A stretch of 43,774 nt of DNA from contig JAHQWD010000001.1 of assembly GCA_019634005.1 (NCBI GenBank), positions 1 through 43,774 on the forward strand, in the 5' to 3' direction. The DNA comes from Candidatus Kaiserbacteria bacterium. Lineage in GTDB: Bacteria; Patescibacteriota; Minisyncoccia; Phycocordibacterales; UBA918. The stretch's first letter is position 1; every line of letters starts with the position of its first letter. Below are positions 26,347 to 35,611 of the stretch, one piece after another. A program made the position numbers and the translations under genes. Under the pieces are notes generated by a model, which saw only the letters and a program-made list of their open reading frames with translations, was not told the origin of the DNA and ran no database searches.

Positions 26347-27568
26347 AGAGCATTAGCGTCAGTACGGCATTGAATACGTACACACAGAAGATTGCTCCAA
26401 CAATACCCCAGATTCCATAGAGTGGGAGGAGAACTGTGATGAGAACGATGCGTGCAAGTGGTGTCGCTGTACGAAGGATGTATAGCTGTCGCTTCTTAAG
26501 ATGTGCAGTCAGTGCTTGCGGGAGTATGGAAATTGGAATAAAAAGAAGGGTGACGGCAAGTGTCTGTGAGAAATGTATAGAATCTAAATATTGCGGGAAG
26601 ATGTACTGGTAGATATATGGTGCTGCAAGTATATATGCTCCAACGAACGGTAGAAGAATAAGGAAGAGGAGAAGCATGCGCGGAGGAAGTGAATGCTTCA
26701 ATTCTGCAAGTGAACGATTACTTAATTTCGGGAAAGCAGGCGTTAAGAAGAAACTTTTCAATTTACGAAGCTCGCGTATGGGGGCAATTGCGAGTGCATA
26801 GATCGCGAGTTGTGCTGCACCAAGATAGTGAAAGAGGAGAATCTTATCAATGTTGCTCGCAAGGATTTCAAGAATGTTCATGACACTCAGATGTCTGCTA
26901 AATGCAAGTGTGTCTGGTTTTTCGGTATTAATATGTTCTTTATGTCTCGCGATGAAATAGGAAATGACCACAACAAGTGCTTGAGACACAAAATAGACTG
27001 CGATGAGAACGATCGGATTCTGTGTATAGAAGACCGTACCAATTAAGAAGAGGGGAGGAAGAAGTAGGCGGGGAAGAGAGTAAAAGGTCTCTCGTTTAAA
27101 ATCTTTACGACCCTTGAGAAGCGGAGAGTAGAGATCAAAACTATATATAAGTGGAAGTGTTGCAGCGATAATAAGGAGACTAGTACCAAGAACGGTATTT
27201 TCATTCAAGAAATAATATCCTGCTCCGCCGAGAGAGAGAAGTATCATCCCGACACTCCACCGCAAGTTTTCACGAAGTCCTTCTGAGACGGCACCTTCAA
27301 ATCCTTTGGCAACTGCCTGCATGACCGCAGTACTCATACCAGTCAGAGAAAATGCGGCGATGATGCTCGCAAGTGAGAGAACAAACTTATACACTCCAAA
27401 TTCTTCAGGTGCCAGAAGATTAGCGAGCGCGATCGAAAGGCTAATGCCTACGATGATGCCGAGGATTCGTTTGATACTTACCCAAAAACCTCCTTTTGCA
27501 AGGTAGACCATATCTGTCTTGGTATATTTCTCACTCCACCGAAGTAATCGGACTGCTCGCTCTTTCAT
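26330..27568 (-). CDS. Wzx-type polysaccharide flippase (MOP superfamily)
   Basis: Multi-TM protein with LANLLAPEEFGVY, NIDKILL..LG..QLAIY, LLPLYGIWG patterns. Start at MKER (27568) with TACTAT 7 nt upstream. Confidence 0.85.
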   Translation of the reverse strand: MKERAVRLLRWSEKYTKTDMVYLAKGGFWVSIKRILGIIVGISLSIALANLLAPEEFGVYKFVLSLASIIAAFSLTGMSTAVMQAVAKGFEGAVSEGLRENLRWSVGMILLSLGGAGYYFLNENTVLGTSLLIIAATLPLIYSFDLYSPLLKGRKDFKRETFYSLPRLLLPPLFLIGTVFYTQNPIVLIAVYFVSQALVVVISYFIARHKEHINTEKPDTLAFSRHLSVMNILEILASNIDKILLFHYLGAAQLAIYALAIAPIRELRKLKSFFLTPAFPKLSNRSLAELKHSLPPRMLLLFLILLPFVGAYILAAPYIYQYIFPQYLDSIHFSQTLAVTLLFIPISILPQALTAHLKKRQLYILRTATPLARIVLITVLLPLYGIWGIVGAIFCVYVFNAVLTLMLFKRAV

Positions 27569-27621
27569 GTATCCTATAGTACTAAAGAATAAGTAGTTTT
27601 GGTACGGTATAATGCACCGTA

Positions 27622-29004
27622 ATGGCAAAGGAACTAGACCCAACCAAACGCGCGGCAGAGGATCTCACTGAAGCGGTGGAGGAGACACTTACAGGGAGTG
27701 AAGACATTGCGATTATTGACCCGAAGTTGAAAGAGAAGTCTGCTGAGAGAGAGGCCGTGCGTGAGGCTTCAAAGCCAAAAGAGGAAAAAGTGCGTGCTGC
27801 CGATATGGAGCGTACGGCATCTCCAATTGTAAAACGAACATCGAGTCGTAACGATGCACGGCTTCTCATTATCACCCGTGATACGGGGGTGTTTACGGAG
27901 AACTCTCAATCCATCATTCATATAGCACAGTACGCGCAGATGTTCGCGGAGGTGCATGTTATTGTGTTGACCACTAGAAAAGAAGACGCGGTATATCAGA
28001 CCACGCGTGTGGGGGATGATATATACCTCTATCCCACAAACTCTCGTTGGTGGTGGAAGACGATTGGAGATGCAAAGAAAGTTGCAAAGAAACAGTTAGT
28101 CTTTGGTGAGAGTTTCCGACCAGATCTTATTATTGCCGAAGATCCGTTTGAGTCTGGCATGGCAGGAAAAGCAATCGCACGAGCATATAATCGACCACTT
28201 GAAGTGCGTGTCACGGAAAACTTCCTTGACAATGGATTTGTCGACCTTGCACCGCATAATCGGTGGCGGAGATTTATGGCACACATAGTGCTTCCCAAAG
28301 CGGTTTGTGTGCGCACAGGCTCTGAATATCTCAAGGATCTTATTACTGCAGAGTTTAAGGCAGTGAAGGATCGGATTGAAGTACTTCCTATATTCTATGA
28401 TATCGAGTCGTGGAAAACTGCTCCGCAAACCATTAACCTGAAAGAGAAGTTTCCACAGTTTAAATTGATTCTCTTGCACGTGTCTGCGATGAATGAACGC
28501 TCTCATACGGAGAGTGTTATTGATGGGCTCTACTATATTCTTAGACAGTACAAAAGTCTTGGACTAGTTATTATTGGCGAGGGTCCGAAACGTGCGGCTA
28601 TTGAAGAGCGTGTTGCAGAATATGGATTGAGCACGCAGGTAGTATTTGCCTCAAAGAGTGTGGATGTGCTCTCAAGTATGCACTCGTCAGACATGCTCAT
28701 ACACGCTTCTTCTGACCCCATCAACGATGAGGTGGTGCTCAAGGGGGCTACCGTGGGCATTCCTATGATCTGCGGGAATGTCGGTATTGCAGCTGAAGTG
28801 TTTAAAAATGAAGAGTCGGTGTTATTGTGTCCCTTGGACAGCCCACCGTGTTTTGGAGAGAAGGTAAACAGGCTGTTGAACAACAATGCGCTTCGTGAGA
28901 CATTGGAAATGAACGCTCGGACCGTCGTTGCGGAAAATATCGTACAGGATTATACGCAATATCTTCGTGTGTACCGCCAGAGCATAGAGCGCTGTTTGGT
29001 GTAG
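27622..29004 (+). CDS. Divergent GT4-like protein lacking the canonical ExxxxxxxE motif
   Basis: Shares YPTNS and DPFE with GT 14667 and has IIGEGP. The catalytic segment reads ASSDPINDEVVLKGATVGIP. It carries a ~70-aa charged N-terminal extension. Confidence 0.75.
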   Translation: MAKELDPTKRAAEDLTEAVEETLTGSEDIAIIDPKLKEKSAEREAVREASKPKEEKVRAADMERTASPIVKRTSSRNDARLLIITRDTGVFTENSQSIIHIAQYAQMFAEVHVIVLTTRKEDAVYQTTRVGDDIYLYPTNSRWWWKTIGDAKKVAKKQLVFGESFRPDLIIAEDPFESGMAGKAIARAYNRPLEVRVTENFLDNGFVDLAPHNRWRRFMAHIVLPKAVCVRTGSEYLKDLITAEFKAVKDRIEVLPIFYDIESWKTAPQTINLKEKFPQFKLILLHVSAMNERSHTESVIDGLYYILRQYKSLGLVIIGEGPKRAAIEERVAEYGLSTQVVFASKSVDVLSSMHSSDMLIHASSDPINDEVVLKGATVGIPMICGNVGIAAEVFKNEESVLLCPLDSPPCFGEKVNRLLNNNALRETLEMNARTVVAENIVQDYTQYLRVYRQSIERCLV

Positions 29005-29016
29005 AATAACTGGTAT

Positions 29017-30948
29017 ATGAAAGACCTCTCAAAATGGATTACCTACGCAGGAGTATTTGTACTCCCGTTTTTGGTACTTATTGTCGCAGACTCTCTCTTT
29101 TTCCCATATATCACGGGGAAGGGGTTCTTCTTTAGAATCGTTGTTGAAATCATAACCGCCGCATGGATTGTCTACGCGCTCTATGAGTCGCGCGTGCGCC
29201 CGAAGGTGTCATACATAGCATGGGGCTTTATTGCGCTTGTGGTCATTATGTTTTTTGCGGATCTCTTCGGACAGTACGCGCCGAAGAGTTTCTGGAGTAA
29301 TTTCGAGCGAATGGACGGCTATGTCACACTCGTGCATCTCTTCCTCTATTTTGTGGTTGTCAGCAGTGTTCTCACAACAGAGAAACTATGGTACCGATTC
29401 CTCACAATCTCTGTTGGAGTAGCATCAACACTGGCATTGTATTCTTTTGCTCAGCTTTCTGGTGAGATAGAGATTAATCAAGGTGGGTGGCGTCTGGATG
29501 GAACACTTGGGAATGCAGCATACATGGCCGTATACCAACTGTTCCATATAGCATTTGCACTCTTGTTATTCTTTAGGACACATACTAAGTGGTTGCGGTA
29601 TCTTTACGGAGGGTTGGCCGTAGTATTTACGTTCTTGCTGGTGCAGACAGCGACTCGGGGAACCATCCTTGGATTAGCAGGAGGGATACTGCTCGCCGTA
29701 CTCTACGCACTCGTTAGGGAACAAAAATATCGAAAGGTTGCAGGAGGGATTCTCTTGGGGTGGGTGATACTGGTTGCTGGATTTATCGTGTTTAAAGATG
29801 CTTCGGTTATTCAAGAGAACCAATATCTCTCTCGGGTTGCAAACATCACCCTCGACGAAGGAAGTGTCCGCTTTGCATTGTGGGATATTGCGCTTGAAGG
29901 GGTGAAGGACAGGCCACTCCTTGGATGGGGACAGGAAAACTTTAATTACGTCTTTAACACGTATTACACCGCAGAGATTTACAATGCGGAGCAGTGGTAT
30001 GACCGAGTGCATAACATTGTCTTCGACTGGCTGATCGCAGGAGGAATCCTTGGAGCACTCGCATATTTCTCTCTTCTCTTCTTCACACTGTACTATCTGT
30101 TTCGACAGAGAGACATGTTTACGCTTCCAGAACAGAGTATTCTCTTCGGTCTTCTCGGAGCCTATATGTTCCATAACCTCTTTGTATTTGATAATACGGT
30201 TAGTTACTTCCTCTACATATCAGTCATTGCGCTGGTGCATAGTCGTGTTGGGAAGCCAGTATGGCAAGAGATAAGCGTATCGCGAGAGGTCACAGGACGT
30301 GTCATTGCGCCTGCGCTACTCATCGTTACTGCTCTTGTAGTTTACAGTGTCAATGTGCCACCGATGAAGGCAGGGGCGGCGCTTATTGATTCTTTCTCAG
30401 CATCATCGAGTGAGAAACATAGAGCGATTTTTACGGAAGCACTTTCATATGAGACATTTGGAAACCAAGAGATTCGTGAACAGATGATTCAAGTATTTCC
30501 GTCAATCTACCAGTCACAGAGTATCTCCGCTGAGGAAAAAAGAGCATTTGCACTTTTCATTGATGAAGAGATTAAAAATCAGGTTATGGAGAAACCGAGT
30601 GATGCTCGTGTGCATGCACTTGCGGCACCATTCTACAGAATAACGCGTGTACCAGATCAGGCACTCCAACATCTTGCAATCGCTATAGAACTTTCACCTG
30701 AGAAACAGCAATTCTATATCGATGCAGGGCTTGCGTATCTGCAAAAAGACAATCTTGCTGAGGCACTTGCTGTAGCGAAACATGCGTATGAACTAGAGTC
30801 TAAAAATAAGACCGCTCGTTTGTATTATGGGCTGATGTTGATTCTCTCAGGAGATCGGGAGGGGTATAGAGAGATCTCCGAGGGGTATGAGGAAGTTTTT
30901 GATGAACACACTTTCATCAAAGATGCCTTGGCGACGCAGGGCTGGTAG
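29017..30948 (+). CDS. O-antigen ligase / O-oligosaccharyltransferase-like membrane protein with C-terminal TPRs
   Basis: Many TM helices, TLGN, TATRG, RPLLGWGQENF, DRVHNIVFDWL..GGILG (Wzy_C HN motif), and a helical TPR-like tail. Confidence 0.88.
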   Translation: MKDLSKWITYAGVFVLPFLVLIVADSLFFPYITGKGFFFRIVVEIITAAWIVYALYESRVRPKVSYIAWGFIALVVIMFFADLFGQYAPKSFWSNFERMDGYVTLVHLFLYFVVVSSVLTTEKLWYRFLTISVGVASTLALYSFAQLSGEIEINQGGWRLDGTLGNAAYMAVYQLFHIAFALLLFFRTHTKWLRYLYGGLAVVFTFLLVQTATRGTILGLAGGILLAVLYALVREQKYRKVAGGILLGWVILVAGFIVFKDASVIQENQYLSRVANITLDEGSVRFALWDIALEGVKDRPLLGWGQENFNYVFNTYYTAEIYNAEQWYDRVHNIVFDWLIAGGILGALAYFSLLFFTLYYLFRQRDMFTLPEQSILFGLLGAYMFHNLFVFDNTVSYFLYISVIALVHSRVGKPVWQEISVSREVTGRVIAPALLIVTALVVYSVNVPPMKAGAALIDSFSASSSEKHRAIFTEALSYETFGNQEIREQMIQVFPSIYQSQSISAEEKRAFALFIDEEIKNQVMEKPSDARVHALAAPFYRITRVPDQALQHLAIAIELSPEKQQFYIDAGLAYLQKDNLAEALAVAKHAYELESKNKTARLYYGLMLILSGDREGYREISEGYEEVFDEHTFIKDALATQGW

Positions 30949-31153
30949 TGTACACTGTGTCCGTGAGCGTCGATTCGGCGTCTCTACATGAAAGTCTAGA
31001 GTAAAGATCCCTGGGGTGGGGATTTTTGCTTTTATGGGGATGGTACAATATGAGTGCTCGTTATTCTCTACGGCTAGCGGCGGCACTCACATTTAGACTT
31101 TCATTTTTTTGGAGAACGCACCCGCTGGCCATAGAGGATTGTGAGCAGATGGT

Positions 31154-32152
31154 ATGAATATACAGACACAGGTATCACTTGCACCCTATACAACATTCGG
31201 CATTGGCGGTAATGCCGAGTTTTTTGTAGAGGTACGATCCGTAGAGGAACTCAAAGAGGCTGTCCTATGGGCAAAAGAGAAGGGAATATCGGTCACTGTC
31301 CTTGGTGGAGGGTCCAATGTGCTTGTTTCCGATCGTGGGGTTACTGGTCTCGTGATATGCAACAAAATTGAAGGAATTACCTACGAAGATGAGATGGTGC
31401 ACGTGGGAGCAGGGGTTGTCTTCGACGATCTCGTCTTAGAGACGGTAGAGAAAGGATTGTGGGGTCTAGAGAACCTTTCCGCAATTCCTGGTACCGTTGG
31501 CGCGGCACCGATACAAAATATTGGTGCGTATGGGGTAGAGGTATCGTCTGTTATTGAGTCGGTACACACATCCCATCTTACTGATGGGAGTGAACGTGTA
31601 TTCTCAAACAAGGCGTGCGCGTTTGGATATCGAGATTCTTTTTTCAAGACAGAAGAAGGAAGAAACTATATTGTAACGGGGGTAACATTTCATTTAAAGA
31701 AGGAGGGAGATCCGCACATAGAGTACAAAGATCTACAGAATTACTTTATCGACACACCAACACAGCGACAGGTACGTGATGCTGTTATAGAAATACGGAG
31801 CAAGAAGTTTCCAGACTGGCATAAAAAGGGTACAGGAGGGTCTTTCTTTAAGAACCCTATAATTTCAAAAGAGCAGTACGAGGTGTTGGAAAAGAAGTAT
31901 CCAGAATTACCAGGTTTCCCTGTAGGGGATAGAGTAAAGGTTCCTCTGGGATGGATTTTAGATAAGGTATTGCATATAAAGGGGGTGACGAATGAGCGGG
32001 GCACTGTAGGAACGTACGAGGGTCAGGCGCTCGTGATAGTGAATCATGGTGGAGCGACGGCAGAGGAGGTAGATGCGTTTGCACAAAAAATTGCAGAAGA
32101 CGTTTTTGGTATAACCGATATTCGGATCGAACGTGAAGTGCGAAGTATATAA
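31154..32152 (+). CDS. murB: UDP-N-acetylenolpyruvoylglucosamine reductase
   Basis: LAPYTTFGIGG, LGGGSNVL, GLENLSAIPGTVGAAPIQNIGAYG, FGYRDSFFK, GSFFKNP, LVIVNHG motifs. Confidence 0.96.
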   Translation: MNIQTQVSLAPYTTFGIGGNAEFFVEVRSVEELKEAVLWAKEKGISVTVLGGGSNVLVSDRGVTGLVICNKIEGITYEDEMVHVGAGVVFDDLVLETVEKGLWGLENLSAIPGTVGAAPIQNIGAYGVEVSSVIESVHTSHLTDGSERVFSNKACAFGYRDSFFKTEEGRNYIVTGVTFHLKKEGDPHIEYKDLQNYFIDTPTQRQVRDAVIEIRSKKFPDWHKKGTGGSFFKNPIISKEQYEVLEKKYPELPGFPVGDRVKVPLGWILDKVLHIKGVTNERGTVGTYEGQALVIVNHGGATAEEVDAFAQKIAEDVFGITDIRIEREVRSI

Positions 32153-32283
32153 CAAAAAACTTTTATCCACACAAAAAGTTTAAAAGAATATTGTTATAAC
32201 TTTTTTTTAAACACATAATATATACATAAGCACATGTTCTTATATAAGAGAACACATGCGGTCGATTTGTTAGTTTTGTAATC

Positions 32284-32565
32284 ATGACAACCATGCCTAC
32301 AAAGAAACGAGCAACACGTAAGCGAGCAACAAAGAAGACGACACGTCGTAAGACTGCGAAGAAAACAACTCGCCGAAAGGTTGCGAAGAAGCCAGCACGT
32401 CGTAAGGCTACAAAGAAGCGAGCAGCAAAGAAAACAACTCGCCGAAAGCCCGCTAAGAAGACAGCGCGTCGAAAGGTTGCGAAGAGAAAGACCGCAAAGA
32501 AAGCAACTCGAAAGACAACACGTCGTAAGCCTGCAAAAAAAGCGACACGACGACGTCGAAAGTAG
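32284..32565 (+). CDS. Histone H1-like basic nucleoid protein
   Basis: 93 aa, about 55% K+R by hand count, no acidic residues, repeated KKTTRRK(T/V/P)A units, own terminator. Confidence 0.8.
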   Translation: MTTMPTKKRATRKRATKKTTRRKTAKKTTRRKVAKKPARRKATKKRAAKKTTRRKPAKKTARRKVAKRKTAKKATRKTTRRKPAKKATRRRRK

Positions 32566-32595
32566 TTCGACTGAGAGTCGTCAGTATACGCTAGC

Positions 32596-32623
32596 AAAAA
32601 ACCGCTTAGATGAGCGGTTTTTT
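32596..32623. terminator. Intrinsic terminator
   Basis: AAAAAACCGCT-TAGATG-AGCGGTTTTTT. Confidence 0.85.
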
Positions 32624-32669
32624 GGTGTGACAGAGTGGTGTCATCTATGGTATGCTGTGGTACACGAAT

Positions 32670-35204
32670 ATGGCATTTCTCGATAGGTTTTTTGGACCGA
32701 CATACGAAAAAGAACTCAAACAGTTGCAACCAGTTGTTGCGGATATTAATGCGCGCGAGGAGGAGTTGCAGGCACTTTCAGATGAGGAGCTTAAGGAAAA
32801 GACTGATGCATTCAAGACTCGTATCAAAGCGGGAGAGAATCTCGATAATCTACTTCCCGAGGCATTTGCAGTAGTACGTGAGGCCTCAAAGCGTACACTG
32901 GGGCTTCGTCACTATGATGTACAACTTATTGGAGGTGCAATTCTGCACAGCGGAAAGATAACTGAGATGCGTACAGGTGAAGGAAAGACATTGGTGGGGA
33001 CACTTCCTGCATATCTTAATGCACTTACAGGAAAAGGAGTGCATGTTATTACCGTGAATGATTACCTTGCACGACGTGACAGTGTGTGGATGGGGCAGAT
33101 TTATGCGGCACTTGGCCTTACTGTCGGTGTGATTAATCATCAGGAGTCATATCTCTATGATCCAGGGCATACAGAAGTAGATGAAGAGCGGGATGAAGAG
33201 GGGTCATATAAGGTGTTCTACGAGTTCCTTCGTCCGTGTTCTCGCAAGGAGGCATATGAAGCAGACATCACGTATGGTACAAACAATGAGTTTGGTTTTG
33301 ACTATCTCCGTGACAATATTGAGTTTGATGCAACGAATCTACGACAACGAGAGCATGCATTTGCAATCATTGACGAGGTAGACTCTATTCTTATCGATGA
33401 GGCACGTACGCCACTTATTATTTCTGCGCCTGCCCAAGACTCTGAGAATCTCTACGAGCAGTTTGCACGGATTGCATCTAGATTGAAGCAAGAGGAGGAC
33501 TTTACGGTGGATGAGAAGTTGAAGAGTGCAACGCTTACAGATTCTGGTATTGAGAAAGCGGAGAAAGCACTTGGTATTGAGAATATTTATACAGACAAGG
33601 GTATTAAATATGTGCATCACTTAGAGACTGCGGTGCGTGCAAAGGCGCTCTATACGAAAGATAAAGAGTACGTGGTGCGCAACGGGGAGGTGATCATCGT
33701 TGATGAGTTCACCGGTCGTCTCCAGCCAGGACGAAGGTGGTCTGAGGGGCTGCATCAGGCTGTTGAAGCGAAGGAGGGGACGACGATCCAGAAGGAGAGT
33801 CGTACGTATGCGTCCATTACGTTCCAGAACTATTTCCGTATGTACGAAAAACTCTCTGGTATGACAGGTACCGCATTGACCTCTGAAGAGGAGTTCTATT
33901 CGGTCTATAAACTGGAGGTGATTCCAGTACCAACACATCATCCTATACAACGTATTGATCACAATGACCTCATCTTCCAGACAGAAAAAGGGAAGTACCA
34001 GGCAATTATTCGCCGTATTAAAGAAGTGCATGAGAAAGGGCAGCCGATCCTTATCGGTACTGCTTCTATAGATAAAAATGAGGAACTTTCTCAAGAACTT
34101 ACCAAAGCAAAGATCCCGCATACAGTGCTCAATGCGAAGAATCATGAGAACGAGGGAGAAATTATCGCTGATGCAGGTAAGGTGGGGCAGGTAACGCTTG
34201 CAACGAACCTTGCGGGACGTGGAGTAGATATCAAACTTGGTGGTACGCATGCAACCAAAGAAGAAGAGAAGGAAGTGCTTGAATTAGGAGGTCTCTTTGT
34301 GCTTGGTACGGAACGCCATGAGGCACGCCGTATTGATAACCAGTTGCGAGGACGTTCTGGACGACAGGGGGATCCAGGTGAGACTGCATTCTTTGTTTCT
34401 ATGGAGGATACCCTCATGCGTGTCTTTGCTGCTGATACGGTGAAAAACATGATGGGTCGACTTGGTATCCCTGAGGATCAGCCAATTGAAAATAAGATGA
34501 TCACGCGGTCGCTGGAATCTGCGCAGAAAAAGATCGAGGGGTTCCATTTTGATGCACGTAAGCATGTGCTTGCGTATGACGACGTGTTGAATAAACAGCG
34601 ACAGGTACTCTACGACAAGAGACGTACGCTTTTAGTTGGGACAGATGAAGATGTTGATGCCATTATTTCTGAAGTAGCTGCTTTTGCCCCGCAGACGGAA
34701 GAGGCCATTCTCGCAAAGAAAAATGAACTGGGAGATGATGCGTGGTATGAATTGGTGCGAAAACTCATCCTCCATATATATGACACACTCTGGGTAGAGC
34801 ATCTTGAGGTGATGCAATATACGCGTTCGAGCGTAAGTCTCCGTGCATACGGGCAACAGGACCCACTCATTGAATACCGAAAAGAAGGAACACGACTCTT
34901 TGAAGAAATGCAACACGCCGCGCTTGATCGTCTTGCGCAGGTAATTCCAAAGATCGAACGGCAGAAAGTACTTGAGGAAGATAGGAAGATGCGTGAGGAG
35001 GCGTCACATGCTCAGCGTTCGGGAGGAGCCTCAGGCACATCTACAGGAAAGACACAAAAGCAGGAGGCGTCTAAACGCCATGATTATGGACGGAATGAGA
35101 CAGTCGTTATCACAAACGGATCAGAGACAAAGGAGATGAAATATAAGAAAGCGGAACCGCTACTTGCAAAAGGGGAGTGGACTATCACTTCAAAGGATTC
35201 CTAG
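32670..35204 (+). CDS. secA: Preprotein translocase ATPase SecA
   Basis: EMRTGEGKTL, VHVITVNDYLA.RD, IIDEVDSILIDEARTPLIIS, ATNLAGRGVDI, GTERHEARRIDNQLRGRSGRQGDPG motifs. Start at MAFL (32670). Confidence 0.98.
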   Translation: MAFLDRFFGPTYEKELKQLQPVVADINAREEELQALSDEELKEKTDAFKTRIKAGENLDNLLPEAFAVVREASKRTLGLRHYDVQLIGGAILHSGKITEMRTGEGKTLVGTLPAYLNALTGKGVHVITVNDYLARRDSVWMGQIYAALGLTVGVINHQESYLYDPGHTEVDEERDEEGSYKVFYEFLRPCSRKEAYEADITYGTNNEFGFDYLRDNIEFDATNLRQREHAFAIIDEVDSILIDEARTPLIISAPAQDSENLYEQFARIASRLKQEEDFTVDEKLKSATLTDSGIEKAEKALGIENIYTDKGIKYVHHLETAVRAKALYTKDKEYVVRNGEVIIVDEFTGRLQPGRRWSEGLHQAVEAKEGTTIQKESRTYASITFQNYFRMYEKLSGMTGTALTSEEEFYSVYKLEVIPVPTHHPIQRIDHNDLIFQTEKGKYQAIIRRIKEVHEKGQPILIGTASIDKNEELSQELTKAKIPHTVLNAKNHENEGEIIADAGKVGQVTLATNLAGRGVDIKLGGTHATKEEEKEVLELGGLFVLGTERHEARRIDNQLRGRSGRQGDPGETAFFVSMEDTLMRVFAADTVKNMMGRLGIPEDQPIENKMITRSLESAQKKIEGFHFDARKHVLAYDDVLNKQRQVLYDKRRTLLVGTDEDVDAIISEVAAFAPQTEEAILAKKNELGDDAWYELVRKLILHIYDTLWVEHLEVMQYTRSSVSLRAYGQQDPLIEYRKEGTRLFEEMQHAALDRLAQVIPKIERQKVLEEDRKMREEASHAQRSGGASGTSTGKTQKQEASKRHDYGRNETVVITNGSETKEMKYKKAEPLLAKGEWTITSKDS

Positions 35205-35223
35205 GAGAGGGTACAATATACGT

Positions 35224-35562
35224 ATGACACATATTATTGCACGCGTGCTTTTGACCGCACTCACACTACTTGTTATCGAACGCTTCATTGACGGAATTAC
35301 CGTTGAGGGACTGTATTACGCAATTATCGCAGCAATTGTTATTGGGCTTTTAAATCTTGTTGTTCGACCAGTCCTCTTTGTATTATCGCTGCCAATCACT
35401 ATCTTGACCCTCGGCCTCTTCACCTTTGTGATCAATGCGCTTATCTTTTGGTTCGCTGCGTCATTCGTTGAAGGGTTCTATGTCTCAGGGTTTATGACCG
35501 CATTTGTTGGATCTCTTATCGTGACATTTGTCAGTACTATTGGAAGCAAGTTTTTGGAATAG
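35224..35562 (+). CDS. 4-TM 'phage holin' family membrane protein (YvlD-like)
   Basis: GLLNLVVRPVL..LSLPITILTLGLFTFVINA signature. Start at ATG 35224 with TACAAT 6 nt upstream. Confidence 0.85.
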   Translation: MTHIIARVLLTALTLLVIERFIDGITVEGLYYAIIAAIVIGLLNLVVRPVLFVLSLPITILTLGLFTFVINALIFWFAASFVEGFYVSGFMTAFVGSLIVTFVSTIGSKFLE

Positions 35563-35611
35563 TCGGGAGACCCTCTTTACTTTTCTTCCGTAATTCTTTA
35601 CGCTACACGCA

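Noticed and set aside
32163-32171. Replication origin suggested by a DnaA box
   Set aside because: Only one box was seen, with no box cluster and no dnaA/dnaN nearby.
32163-32729. 188-aa minus-strand ORF and 101-aa alternative-frame ORF over the histone-like gene
   Set aside because: These are shadow ORFs produced by the stop-poor repetitive K/R/T/A coding sequence.
35224-35562. Prophage suggested by the holin-family gene
   Set aside because: This family is commonly chromosomal; it is flanked by secA and obgE with no endolysin, capsid, terminase or integrase.
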